Part shown: one piece after another, positions 1-11,505 of the stretch
Position numbering within the stretch: position 1 is the stretch's first letter
Layout of the letters: each line of letters begins with the position of its first letter
Assembly: GCA_028023455.1 (NCBI GenBank)
Contig: JAQFVV010000007.1
Coordinates: 17,050,001 to 17,114,000 of the forward strand
Direction: 5' to 3'
Origin: Epiperipatus broadwayi
Lineage: Eukaryota; Animalia; Onychophora
Length of the DNA stretch: 64,000 bases
The notes under the pieces: model-generated
The model's database searches: none
What the model saw: the letters and a program-made list of their open reading frames with translations, nothing else
What the model was told of the DNA's origin: nothing
Made by a program: the position numbers and the translations under genes

Positions 1-279
1 TCAATTTTTATTTTAAACCATACTAATAATAATGATGATGATAATAATAATGACTTTTTATTTGGAAGTTCATAAAAATCTTGTTAACTAGAAGCTGCAG
101 CCACAATTCATGGACCTTGAGCACCAAAATCGATTATTCTATTACTACACTAAACCATAGAGAGTTATCATTATCTCATATTATTTTACTGCCAATATAT
201 AATATGGATGGTAAACTATGCATAAATATATAAGCACTTCTATTTTAATAATATTTATTCTAATTATATGTTAGAGTTT

Positions 280-998
280 GATCTCACTATAATTTTAAAA
301 AAATTACTGTCTGGATATTGGTTTATCAAAAACTCAGTAGAAAAATCCCACTACCATTCATTAACATCATAAAATTGGATGGGTAGAATAATTTTATACC
401 AGAAAAGTTAGATATACTCAACAGAACTCTCATGATAAACCAATAATAAATTATCATGGATGCCTGATGGGTGTATTTTACAATAAAGATCATTACAGAT
501 TCGCTTTGTTTTAAATTAATACTATAGTACCAATAGGATGGACACTATTGCAATGGATTATGCCTTGGTTATCTAAATTTGTTGATTTTATATGTCAATA
601 AAAACAGCTTAAAAGAATTGGGCTTGATAGAATCTGTAAAATCATGAAATCTCAGAATCAAAATGAACATCATCTCCCATTAACCTATTCTTGTCATTAA
701 ATGTATGTTATCTTTTGTATATCAATTGGTCTGTGCTCAGTCTGATCAAAATAAGATGAAATCTAGACTAATCCATTATTTGAAAGCAATGTAAGATATA
801 ACACAAAGCGTATTGTATTTGGAGTATATGAAACAATATTAACTGCTTTCTATGAACTCTAATGCACGAACGTTATCGATTTGAGGCTTTCCTAATGTTG
901 GAAAATCTAATTTTGTTAATAAGATCATCTGTGCAGACATTGAAGTTTAACCATATCCTTTTACTATCAAAGCTTTTTTTGTTGGTCATAGCGATTAT
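280..998 (+). pseudogene. NOG1: Nucleolar GTP-binding protein 1 (NOG1/GTPBP4) pseudogene, N-terminal part
   Basis: Manual translation across frameshifts and stops gives HYNFKKITV, KVRYTQQNSHDK, LMGVFYNKDHYRFAL, KQLKRIG and PNARTL..GFPNVGKSNFVNKII.ADIEV*PYPFT.K.FFVGH.DY. These match the NOG1 N-terminus and G1/G2 motifs as I recall them. Multiple stops. Confidence 0.85.
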
Positions 999-1984
999 AT
1001 AGGCTGGGCTTAATTTAGAAGATCGGACTGAAAGTAAAAAATAACCATAATTACATATTTGATGAAGGATTGAATTTCACATTTAAGTGCATGTGCATAT
1101 AAATAAAATCTTTAAATTTAACAATCCTGTGCTTGTGTATATATAAAATCATTTTCAATATAAAGATAAGGTAAATAATATTGAAGACCTGCGGTGTTTA
1201 TAACGGAATACTTTTTTTTTCAACTTTTAATTGGGTTAAAAGAAGCAATATGTGCGTGGGTGAACTTTAAAAGAAGATTACAATTTTATTTCAACACTGT
1301 TTAATTTATCACTACTAGGATTAAGTATCCCAGTGGTTTTCTGCCAAAAATGAACTTATAAATCATGCTTCTTGCTGCGAAAGGCAATCGTCTTCGATTG
1401 CTATTATATCCTGCGGACAGAAAAGGCAAAGCAATGTTGTTAATAATTTGTGATTGTTGTGGATATGAAATAATTAATTTGCTAAAGGCGTAAGAAAATA
1501 AAAAGTGCATCTCATTAATTAATTCAGTGTAAAATATTAATGCTAAAATTACTTAAGAAGACAATGGCCGTTAATGCAAAATAATTAAATTAAATTTTAC
1601 ATTCTTTTTTAAATAATTAATGAATAAATTAGTAGAGTTATTCATTTATAAATCTATAAATAAAAATTCTCTTTCGATATAAGAATGTAGAAAAAGACGA
1701 ATTTACACACGATACGGTGTGTGCATTTATGATCTTTGCTGAATATCTAGACAACACATTATATATGTAAAAAATACTAATACAATTATCATCAGATAGT
1801 GAAATATTTGTGCTATTAAGTAAACATAGAATTCATAAAATTTATGCAATAGTTCTAAAAATTAAGATGCTTTAATAAATTGTATAATTGGAGTGGGGAG
1901 AGTGGGAAATTACCATCAGTATTATTCTAATGTTATTATTAAGTTACTTAGTTTGGAATTTTAGGACAACGCTCTAACCAAGTG

Positions 1985-2285
1985 AGCAAACTCACACCTT
2001 TAGATTTTTGAATATCGAATTTTAAGCCAAGGGCTAAGCTTTGGAGCTCATTTGTTAGAGTACTGTATTGCCTTAAAATTCGATGTTCAAGAATCTAAAA
2101 GTGTTGGCTCAACTTCTATGCGAATATTATCACTGGTCAGGTCAACAACACCGGAAGATCAGAGAATAATATCACTCGAAACGTTATGTAATCTGTGCTG
2201 TCTATTTGGGTGTTATTTTGAAAAGTTTAAATAAATTCAACATTAATAATAGATCATGGAAATAGTCCAACATATTATAACATCA
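1985..2285. mobile_element. Family A tRNA-headed SINE-like element (+ copy 2045-2285) with a short inverted partial copy (1985-2035)
   Basis: Head gctcatttgttagag...ttgccttaaaattcgatgttcaagaatc and body caacac-cggaaga...tcgaaacgtt...catggaaatagtccaa are homologous to 16845-17040 and 51738-52280. 1990-2035 is the reverse complement of 2075-2110. Confidence 0.75.
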
Positions 2286-2479
2286 AAAATACCACCATTA
2301 CAAACCTTCAGATGCTAATACTCTTATTATTTACCTTTTGTCTATTTATTATATTTTTGTAATTCATTAAAAAGATGAAAATAAAACAAAATTCCAGAAA
2401 TTATACCTCAACAATAGAAGAAGAATATCATATCTTCTATTTTCTCAATAAAAAGGCAAATAATTAGTTACATACAAAA

Positions 2480-3600
2480 TGCTTCTTGATATGCAATAAT
2501 GAAAATAATATTTTGGAATGTAAGATCCTGGAACATTTCCAGTTTTGGTTCTTCTGGCATTTCAAATTTCTTCTGAGCTCTTAAGTGATAAAACCATTCA
2601 ACTATTTTTTAACAGAAAAATAGTCCAAGTCCTTTATCCCCTTCACCTTGTCATTATATTTTACAAGATTAATATTTCAAATGATTTTGAACTATTACAT
2701 CAAGTCCTTGGTTTAATTTTAAACAATTTAAACACTAAAAAGTTTTTAGTAACTATGCACATATATTTCTTGATGCTGTATATCTCAGTGCAGGTGTTGA
2801 GTGACAGGTTTTGGAATTCAAGGTACATGGATCATTACCAAGATCTACCATTCTGGAACAATAAACAAGTCAGTTTTTTTTAATTGTTCATGGGATAATT
2901 TACTGATTTTCAAAAGCTCTAAAAAGGGCATTTTAAAGATTTGTAACATGTGATTAATTCTGGCTGATTATAAGGAACTGAATGATACATTAAAATTAAA
3001 AATCTTTTTCAGACTCTTTACTTCATTTTTAAGCTGATCAATAATATTAAAACAATTTTTTTTTAAGGGTCATAGCATCGGCCGGGACGTGAACCCGCAA
3101 CCCAGGCAACTGCCTGCAAGTGCAAGGCGGTCGTGCTGACTTCTCAACCACCAATGCAAGACATATTATATTAACAATTTTAATAATCATTATTGACAAA
3201 ATAGAGTAGTCTTTCAAACTTCAGAAAATGGAAAAAAAAAAAGGTTAATTAGAAATGAATTTTACAATCAACCTACAGATCCATACTTCATCTATTTCTC
3301 AAACTGGACATTTAGTCTATTTAAATGGCTTTATTGACCAAAATATTATAATGAGTTCAAGTACTGGAAGTACTAGCACCCAAATTGATTCTAGAACCTC
3401 ATATTTTAGAGTCTGGCACTTTATCACTGCACTAAACTGTCCAGAGCATTTGGCCTGTTTATTTAATGTTCCTAGTCATTTTCTTTCAATTCTGTAATAA
3501 ATTTGACTCTTAGATTTCAACTACTTAATTGATTATAGCTCCTCTTTAATTTTATCTTCAACTATACCTTTCCAATGAAAGCAATAGTGTACCTTATCTT
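2480..3600 (-). mobile_element. Highly decayed LINE RT remnant (CR1/L2-like), interrupted by a SINE
   Basis: Minus-strand fragments read IKDLGLFF (cf. VKDLG) and NQFG; many stops. Confidence 0.35.
3069..3157 (-). mobile_element. tRNA-Gly-derived short SINE / tRNA retropseudogene (family C)
   Basis: Reverse complement GCATTGGTGGTTGAG...CGCCTTGCAC...GGGTTCACGTCCCGGCCGATGC resembles eukaryotic tRNA-Gly(GCC) (GCATTGGTGGTTCAG...GGGTTCGATTCCCGGCCAATGC). It keeps a 7-bp acceptor stem but has an aberrant anticodon arm. Homologues at 9674 and 12723. Confidence 0.75.
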
Positions 3601-3963
3601 GGGGTCAATTTTTGGTGAGTTTTGCATTAACTAAAAACTAAACTCAAGTTAAGCATAAAATATTTATTCTTGTCTATCCACATATTCATTTGGTACATCT
3701 ATTCGAGGAAGACATGGCTTTATAATAGTAGATTTTATAGTATCATATCCTGAACACTGAAAAATATACCTAGTGACTTTATAAACTTATATGTTTTCAC
3801 AGGAGAAGAATGGGGTTTCTTTAAATAAAAATAATTCTGCTGTCTTTATCTTGAGTAGGGAATGGAAGTCTCTTATTTTTTCGAATATATAATATTAAAT
3901 AAATGAAAATGTGTACAACCGTTGCAGAAAAATAATAAAATATTCTAAAAAACTGTTGGGCTG

Positions 3964-4000
3964 AATGATGACTGCTGGTTCAGCATAAAATATGCATAGG
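3964..4000 (+). ncRNA. Decayed family-B-like hammerhead ribozyme motif
   Basis: atgatga-ctgct ggttc agcat-aaaa-tatgcata aligns to the family B core (ctgatga-gtgctggttcagcac-gaaa-tacata); catalytic core mutated. Confidence 0.45.
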
Positions 4001-5004
4001 GGCCAATTGCCTTTTTCAGACAGCCTTGTTCAAATATTTGAAAGATATGTGGCGGGTTGGAAATTTTAAATTAATCTAATGTATATAAACTGAAATATTC
4101 CCAAGTGTTTACGTTTGTTTCACCTGAAAAATGAAGTGGTACTTGAACGCATGCGTAGTTAGAGAAGACAGTGCCGTCTTTCTGTATTGGTGGATGATTT
4201 CAGTATAGTAAAGATTAGGGATGCTCTGATATAAATCAAAAAACATGAAAATATATAGAAAAATAGATCAGGTGTGACCAGGTAAAATTCTTGTGTTGGA
4301 TTTAACGCTTTTATGTAAATAATGTTCATTATTAATAATCATCAGAAGTTTTTTCTTCGAACTTCTCTATTCCTGGAATTTTTTCTTGAATAGAAATCGT
4401 TTCCATTAAATCAATATATGTATAATCCCCCGTTGTTGCTTCTGTTTGTTTTATGTGAATGAACTGAAAGGAAGCGGCCTTAATGAGATTGTAAATGTTT
4501 ATAAGTAAAGAATCAACAATATGATTTAGCCTTCAATTATTACTAATTTTTCCATTAATGCACGGAAAACTGCCATTTACAAATTTTCTCTAAAGAGTAC
4601 AAGTTTAAATACTTTATCACGTGATTATCCTCTTAAAAATAAATTTATTTTAAAACAAAATATTCAATTACATTTTTTTAAAGCAATTTTTGGTCTTTCG
4701 TCAGTTATCTAAACCTTTCAAGGTATGTATATATTTAATATGAATATATATATATATATTCTGACAATTTATTTTGTTTTTAGGCCATAAGCTTTATAAT
4801 ATGTCCTAGATAGAGACTATAACAAAGCATGTTAAAACTGTTAAATATATTTTAAAAACACTTCTTCCACCTCTTGCGCGTAATTAGTAGAGGGTCCGAC
4901 TCGGATAAAGACTACGTGTTTGCCCTGCGTAGTTTGGCGCTGGATGCAAAGCATCCCACTTGGGATCGGGATGTGATGTACTGTAGCTACTCCTTAAACG
5001 AAGT

Positions 5005-5755
5005 CAAGAATCTCTCAGCAATTATACCAAGAAAAACTTGTTAGCTACTGAATTTTACATTCCCCAGTCTAATTTTTCCCATATTCTGCTCCATCCCATT
5101 TCCACAACATAATCTTTGTTAACTCTACAGCCTTTATATCTAAATCCCCCTTATCTTTTTCCAAACCCAGCATAAAAACCAATAATCTACTTTCTGTATA
5201 ATCACTTTTTTCATATTTATTTTCCCATAACTTCATTATATGTGCCCTTTCTGTTTTCAAGCATTTACCTTCAATTAACAAATGCCTAATATTTTATATT
5301 CCTTCCTTACATAATTTACAAAATAAATAACCCATATTTTTTCATTTACATGTATATTCTCTTGTTGCTAAAGATCCTGTTCCAGCCTTAAACAATAAAC
5401 TACTTTCCTTACTATTATCATACATTAACTCACACCTAATATTCTGTTTATTTCTATATATATATTTAAACTCTTTTTACTCTCCATACTAGTTCTCCAT
5501 CTCTCTAACTCCCTATTCTTTATTAGTAAATCTATTCTTTTATCCCATTCCTTACCACTATAACACTCAACAATCCTCCTAATACAATCATCCCATCTTT
5601 TGTACAAATATACCGATATAAATTCTTTATCCAAATCTTTTGCATACCATATTACCTTTCTCACCCATCTTGTTACCTGCCATTTACTCATAACCCAATT
5701 AAATACTATTTAAGCTATTCTTTTATTATCCATAAACTGCAACCTACTAAACATT
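5005..5755 (-). mobile_element. 3' fragment of the LINE family at 10570-16320
   Basis: ORF fragments 5425-5691 and 5069-5281 (KWQVTRWVRKV..., LWENKYEKSDY...) match 15540-16300 at DNA and protein level. Confidence 0.85.
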
Positions 5756-5759
5756 CTAT

Positions 5760-5975
5760 ACAAACTTTCCATACAGTAGTGCCACCCAGTGCAAACCAGA
5801 GGAATCAATGAAATGCAAAAAGGATTGTGTATAGATTGCAGTGCAAGCCACAAGATAAGAATTATTTTGGGGGTATTGGATGAGTAGGTACTAAATAGGG
5901 ATTTTATGCACAAATACTTGTGTTCATCGATAATTAAAACTTGCACTTGGTGGCATTACTGTATGGAGAGTTTGT
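5760..5975. repeat. Family E fold-back (inverted 3' arms around a decayed hammerhead half)
   Basis: caaactttccatacagtagtgccacccagtgcaa... pairs with ...ttgcacttggtggcattactgtatggagagtttg; homologous to 44526-44785. Confidence 0.8.
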
Positions 5976-6926
5976 TACTATTATCAACAGCCTGTGTAAG
6001 CTTATAAGATAGTGATTATGTGATCTACAATATATATCAATTTTTTAATATACTGATGTTGATAAAAAAAAAAAATGACATAATTAGATCCCTCCTCCTA
6101 AAAAGTTATTTTCTTTCCTTCATTACTTCTCAATTTTGGGGGAAGGACTGCTACAATTTTTATATAAAAGCAACAGCTGCATAGAATCTGCTTCTTCTTG
6201 CACATTGAACTACTCAACTCATTTCCACATCATAGTGCTATATTCTAAATACCTCTTTTAACTGCTGTATAATTCCCTGATATAGCAATGTTCAATAGGA
6301 GTCAAAAGAAATATAACTCATATGTCATGATGAATAATTCAAAGTTCTATAAATTGTGAAAACATATGTGAATATTACTAGAAAAGTCTATAACCTATAG
6401 TGGGAAATTAATATTATAAACAAAAGCCATCTGATTTTAATAATAATATGCAAATCAGATATATATTAAGAATTACGTAAATTATCAAATCAAACAGTCA
6501 AATGAATGTGAAACATAAAAGAATAAACAGAATATAGATGTTATTTTGCAAAGTATGCATCCTACTAAAAATAACAATGCAGTAGAAAGTTTTGTGCTGT
6601 TGAATTGTAGTCAAAATACAATGTTACCTCAAGACCTTAGTGACTGCATGTTTCATAGAAGCATGCTTATGATATTACATGTTACATGTAGTTGGTTGAT
6701 TTAGACATTAAATGAGAGCTAATGTGAATTGAAATGCAGATGAGTTCAACATTTTAGTTAATAATGGGTGAAGAAAGAATCAGAAAGAAGGACCAGATTG
6801 AATAATTATTGCCAGCCAATGGTAAAATGATAAAGGACTGCAGAAAAAATGATTATAGTGACAATAAAGACAATCATCTATCATGAGTCAGAAATGAATT
6901 TGTACAATAGAAATAACTTTGTATAA

Positions 6927-7033
6927 ATTTCTTTGTACAACAGTGTCATCTGGTGCAGACCATAGTAATCAATAGATGCTAACATTCATGATTACTACAG
7001 TCTACACCAGGAGGCACCACTGTACAAAGAAAT
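6927..7033. repeat. Family E-related short palindrome
   Basis: atttctttgtacaacagtgtcatctggtgcagaccatagtaatca pairs with tgattactacagtctacaccaggaggcaccactgtacaaagaaat; shares the agtaatcaat.gatgc motif with family E. Confidence 0.7.
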
Positions 7034-8149
7034 CTGCTACTGTTTTGTTAAATCAAATATTATTGATGCTATAGTTGTATGCTGGCTTTTATTTTCATCA
7101 ATTTCTTTTTACCCATTCTGACATTTGGCATAATAATCCACATGAGTATTTATTATAACATTAAACAGTTAGTGTTCAGAATAATGGCCTATTTAGAGAA
7201 GTGAAGGTTATTATGATCTTCTTAACTAGAAAATTTTATTTTTAAGTTATTAAATGCAAACATGAGGTCATATATACATATACACAAATATATATATATG
7301 AAAGAGAGAGTGAATATTGACTCTGACGTTTATGTAAACAAATACGCTTGTTTTGGAGGTCTTGGTAAAGCTCCATCTATTGATCATTAATACAAGCGAT
7401 AGCAGGTTTTTACTTATATAAAACTTGTTTTTGTTTTTTATATATATATAAATCTACACAAATAAACAAGCAACAATAATGCATATACAAAACAATATTT
7501 TTTTTATAATTCATGTAATGATTAAGGATTTTAGATAGTTTACAGGTTTTAGGTTGGATATGGTAATACTTTCACATGCATCAAGTATTGCCATTTATTA
7601 ATTTTTTTAAATCTTTTAGTTTTGTGTTTTAATAAATAACTTTTTATTAATTATCTGCAAATATTAAAAAAGCATAAATCACCTGATTATTGTATTTATC
7701 CATTTCTCCAAGACAAATGCCATTCAAGTTTATCCTTTCTAGGAAGTCATTTGAATTCTGACAGTTTCTATTGTTACACCCGATGGAAGTTTCCAAATAT
7801 GCTCAACTTTCCATCCCTGTACAAAATCGTTATCTTATACCAAAACTAATGAATTGGACTTGATTTTTTTTTCAATTTACTTTTAGAAATGAATAATACT
7901 CTAAAAAATCATATTTGAGCTTTATTAATACCCAAAAACTGAATTGTAAATAAGAATGATGAATGTAAAATTTTAAATTATTTAAAAATGCAAGATTCTG
8001 CTTTAACATCTGATATTTGCTTTATAATAATTAAATTATTTGAAAAAATTTTAACACCATATAAATTTTGACAGATAATGATGTTATGTAATGGAATTTT
8101 TATAAAGCAGGACCAAACCTATGTTGTGATTTCTGTTACAGTCAAATTT

Positions 8150-9400
8150 ATTAACTTCTATTTTTGGCAACTAGACAATGAAGTCTTCCTTCAAGTTCAT
8201 TAAAAAAATTAAGAATACATTAATAGATCAAGATATTGAAATTGCAGCCATGGATGTGACATAATTATATGGATTGATTAACAGAAAGTGGCCGATCCAC
8301 ATCGTTCACAAAAAATTAATAAGTAATCATTGTCAAGCTGAATGTGTGAAGTTTATTCTAGCTTTCCTTAATTGGTTAGACAATCACATTTTTACAACTT
8401 TTGAAAGTAAATGGTATATGAAAGATGTTTTGCCGATGGACCTTCCCTTAAGCGAGATAATTTCTAGTATATTCAATAAATACCAAGCTAACACTCCTGG
8501 GTTAATATATTCATATTATGTTGATGATGTGTTCACTGCAGCTCCAAAAGATAAAATCACAAACATTCAAAATGAATTACAGCTGCAAACTAAATTAATC
8601 ATGAATGCCATCTGGGAGAACAAATCCAGAAACTAAAATATTTAGATTTTCTAGTTCATAAACAAGGCAGAGCTCTGCATTATTGCATGATTATCAAACC
8701 TCTTGAGGTCAGAGGATTCACCTACATCGCATAAATTCGCAAGTCTAAATGCATTTTTATTTAGGAATCAGAATGTATGTAAATTTGAGGCTGATAGGAA
8801 GGCTAATATTGCAAGCTACAAAAGGGATTTATTAAGTGATGGCTAAAAAAATTGATCAATTATATAAAATATCAATAGTTAACAACACTATTAAAGATAA
8901 ACCTCAAATCACCCTCCCTTACATCACCAAAATATCTAAACAACTTATAAAAACTTTAGCTAATGAATTTAAAGTTGGTTTTCATGCACACACATCCCAT
9001 ACTAACAGACTCATTAACAATGTCAAGGAAAGAATTGATCCATCTCAATCCCCCAAGTTTTGTATAGCATATCATGCCCTCAGAGTGGATGCAGCACCAC
9101 ATACTATGGGGAGACCAAAGCCATGGTCTATAATAAAGTTACTCAGCACATGTATACATACAGAAGAGCAAAAAAGAACAATGATAACATCTCAATATTT
9201 TTTTTGAATATGAGAAGCAGGCTGGTCATATGTTTGAACCCTCTAACCCCAAAATAGTGTGCACTGAGGCTAATGATTGCAAGAGAAAGATAAAAGCAAC
9301 ATATTTTATCATCAACAACAACAATGTGCTCAATAGATGCGACATGTTTTGCCATCTCCAGAAAAGGGACATGTTAATTTACATACATTACCATTTACCA
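8150..9400 (+). mobile_element. Penelope-like retroelement remnant (RT + GIY-YIG endonuclease)
   Basis: AMDVT*LY (FDVxSLY-like), KDVLPMDLPLSEI (GLPMGSPLS-like), YYVDDVF (RYVDD), ITLPYITKISKQL, and YSISCPQSGCSTTYYGETK..QH (GIY-YIG); fragmented by frameshifts. Confidence 0.85.
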
Positions 9401-9673
9401 ATATCACAATGATTTAAAATCTGTTTTGGCCCTAGCCCTACATTAATTTATTTTGATTGTTTTTTTACCATTAACTTAAGAGCTTCTTCACGCAGCATGT
9501 TAAAGTGCTTGTATGTTCTAAGTAATAACTTCCATTTAAAAAATTAATCACAAATAAATTAAATTGAATATGTGTATTGGTTTTGTTTGGTATGCAAAAA
9601 TAATCAGAAATACTCAATAAATAAGCAAAAAGTCATTATTTGTTCTAAACTTTGAGTGAAAATGAGACACAAA

Positions 9674-9759
9674 ACATTGGTGGTTGAGAGATCAGCAACA
9701 GCTGCTTTACAAGCAGTTGTCCCAGGTTAGTGGGTTCATTTCCAGGCTGGTGCTATGAC
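9674..9759 (+). mobile_element. tRNA-Gly-derived SINE (family C)
   Basis: cattggtggttgagagatcagc...gggttcatttccaggctggtgctatgac, homologous to 3069-3157. Confidence 0.65.
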
Positions 9760-11505
9760 ACATGAGAAAAAAAAATCTTAAGAGAAACTTTTTCTTTGAG
9801 AATAATAAAGTAATGATTATTAATATTTACCAACATCAGTAAAATACAGATCTCTTCAGATTTTATTTCAATTACAAAAATAATAAAAACAGTTACAGCA
9901 GAATCTACATTATAAAAAAATCTTATATTAATATAATCTAAAGTAGTGAAATGGGAGAACACCCATTGATTTTCAATGAAGATGAGAACCACTTAGGTAA
10001 CACAAATAAGATTTCAAACTTTTCCTCAGTAAATTTATTTTTTATATTTTTGCACATTTGTCTAATACCAGCTTCATAATCTTTACATTATTTGCAAAAT
10101 ATAAATATTCTACACTTAACCTGAAAACCTGAGTTCAAGCCCCACTTCAGATTTAGCAAATTTTCAAAAATACAGTCATTCAAATACAAATCTGTAATTA
10201 TATCAGTAAAATGGAAAATATTCAAAAATTAAACTAATATGTTTATGGAACTTAAACAAACCTTATTAGCAAATATTACTTAAAAAAAGTAATTTAATAA
10301 AAAATAAAATTAATATACATTAATTGGTGATATTTGTGTGATTATAAAAAAGCTTTGAATTAGAAAATGAGACACTTGAATACAATATTGTGCTATGAAA
10401 AAAGTTGTGATTTTTTTTTACAACATAAAAGTGATGGTAAAAAAGGAAATGTTTAAAAACTTATTTAATATAATAGTAAGTACTTGTACTGCTTAAAAAA
10501 TTAAATTACTAAAAAACACATCTCAATTTATTAGTTACTTATATTTACTTGAAATTTTGCATTTTATTCAATTTTACAGTTTATATATTTTAATTTTTAC
10601 CTTTGTCCATAGCTGGAAGGACTAGTTTAAAAAAGCATTTATAAAGAGAAGTCAGGTTTAAAATTGCAATATTGTCAAAAAAAGAGATGTAAGAAATAAA
10701 TAAAGGGTAGCTGATTTGGATATAGGTATGGATATAGAGAGGGTATGAATCTGTAAAATTAATGGTAAGCAAGTTACTTGCAAATGTAATGGAGAAAAAG
10801 GAGTCAAAAGAATTTCTAAAAGGGTACTTAGAAAAGAAGAAATTGTTAAAAATGGATATTTCAATATGCAAGGTAGAAGGAGACAAGAGAGGTGGCTAGA
10901 ATTAAACAAAGCAGTTGAAAATTAAGACCTTGAGGTATAACTGTAGTAGAAATACAACTAAAAGAAAAATAAGAACCTATACTGGAATACTTCATATGGC
11001 AGACTATAAATAGAAAAGAAAAGATGTTTTGGTATGGAGTTATTTCAAAAAGTTTTTTAAGTACTGTTGTGTCAAAAAGTTTTGTGTTTTGAGATATGGT
11101 TAGGAAGATAAGAATGGAAGGTGGATATAGTGTATAAAGCCACTGGAGATAGTCAAACTATAATGGAGTGGAACAATAGCATATATGAATGCCTAGTTAA
11201 GGATATACAGAGTTTCAAAAAAAGAGGAAGAAAATAATGATTATAGGGGATATGAATGGACATATTGAAGAAATTGATGACATAGGTAACAAGAATGGAC
11301 AGCTTTTGAAGAATTTTTGTCAGAGAGTGAATTTGGGCATTGGAAATTTGTCAAATATTTATGAGAGATAATACACATGGTCTAGAAATAATATATTGCA
11401 CACAATGGACTACATATTTGTACAGAAAGAGGGAATGAATAAAGTATGGAAAATTAAAGTATTTGTTAATGAAGAAAGAGTATGTAATAGTGATCATGAT
11501 TTCTT

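Noticed and set aside
3075-3157. Functional tRNA gene
   Set aside because: Aberrant anticodon arm and T loop (GGTTCAC); three diverged copies indicate a repeat.
9465-9510. Hammerhead downstream of the first Penelope remnant (cttaaga-gct..agc-atgtt)
   Set aside because: GAAA is absent and stem I does not pair.
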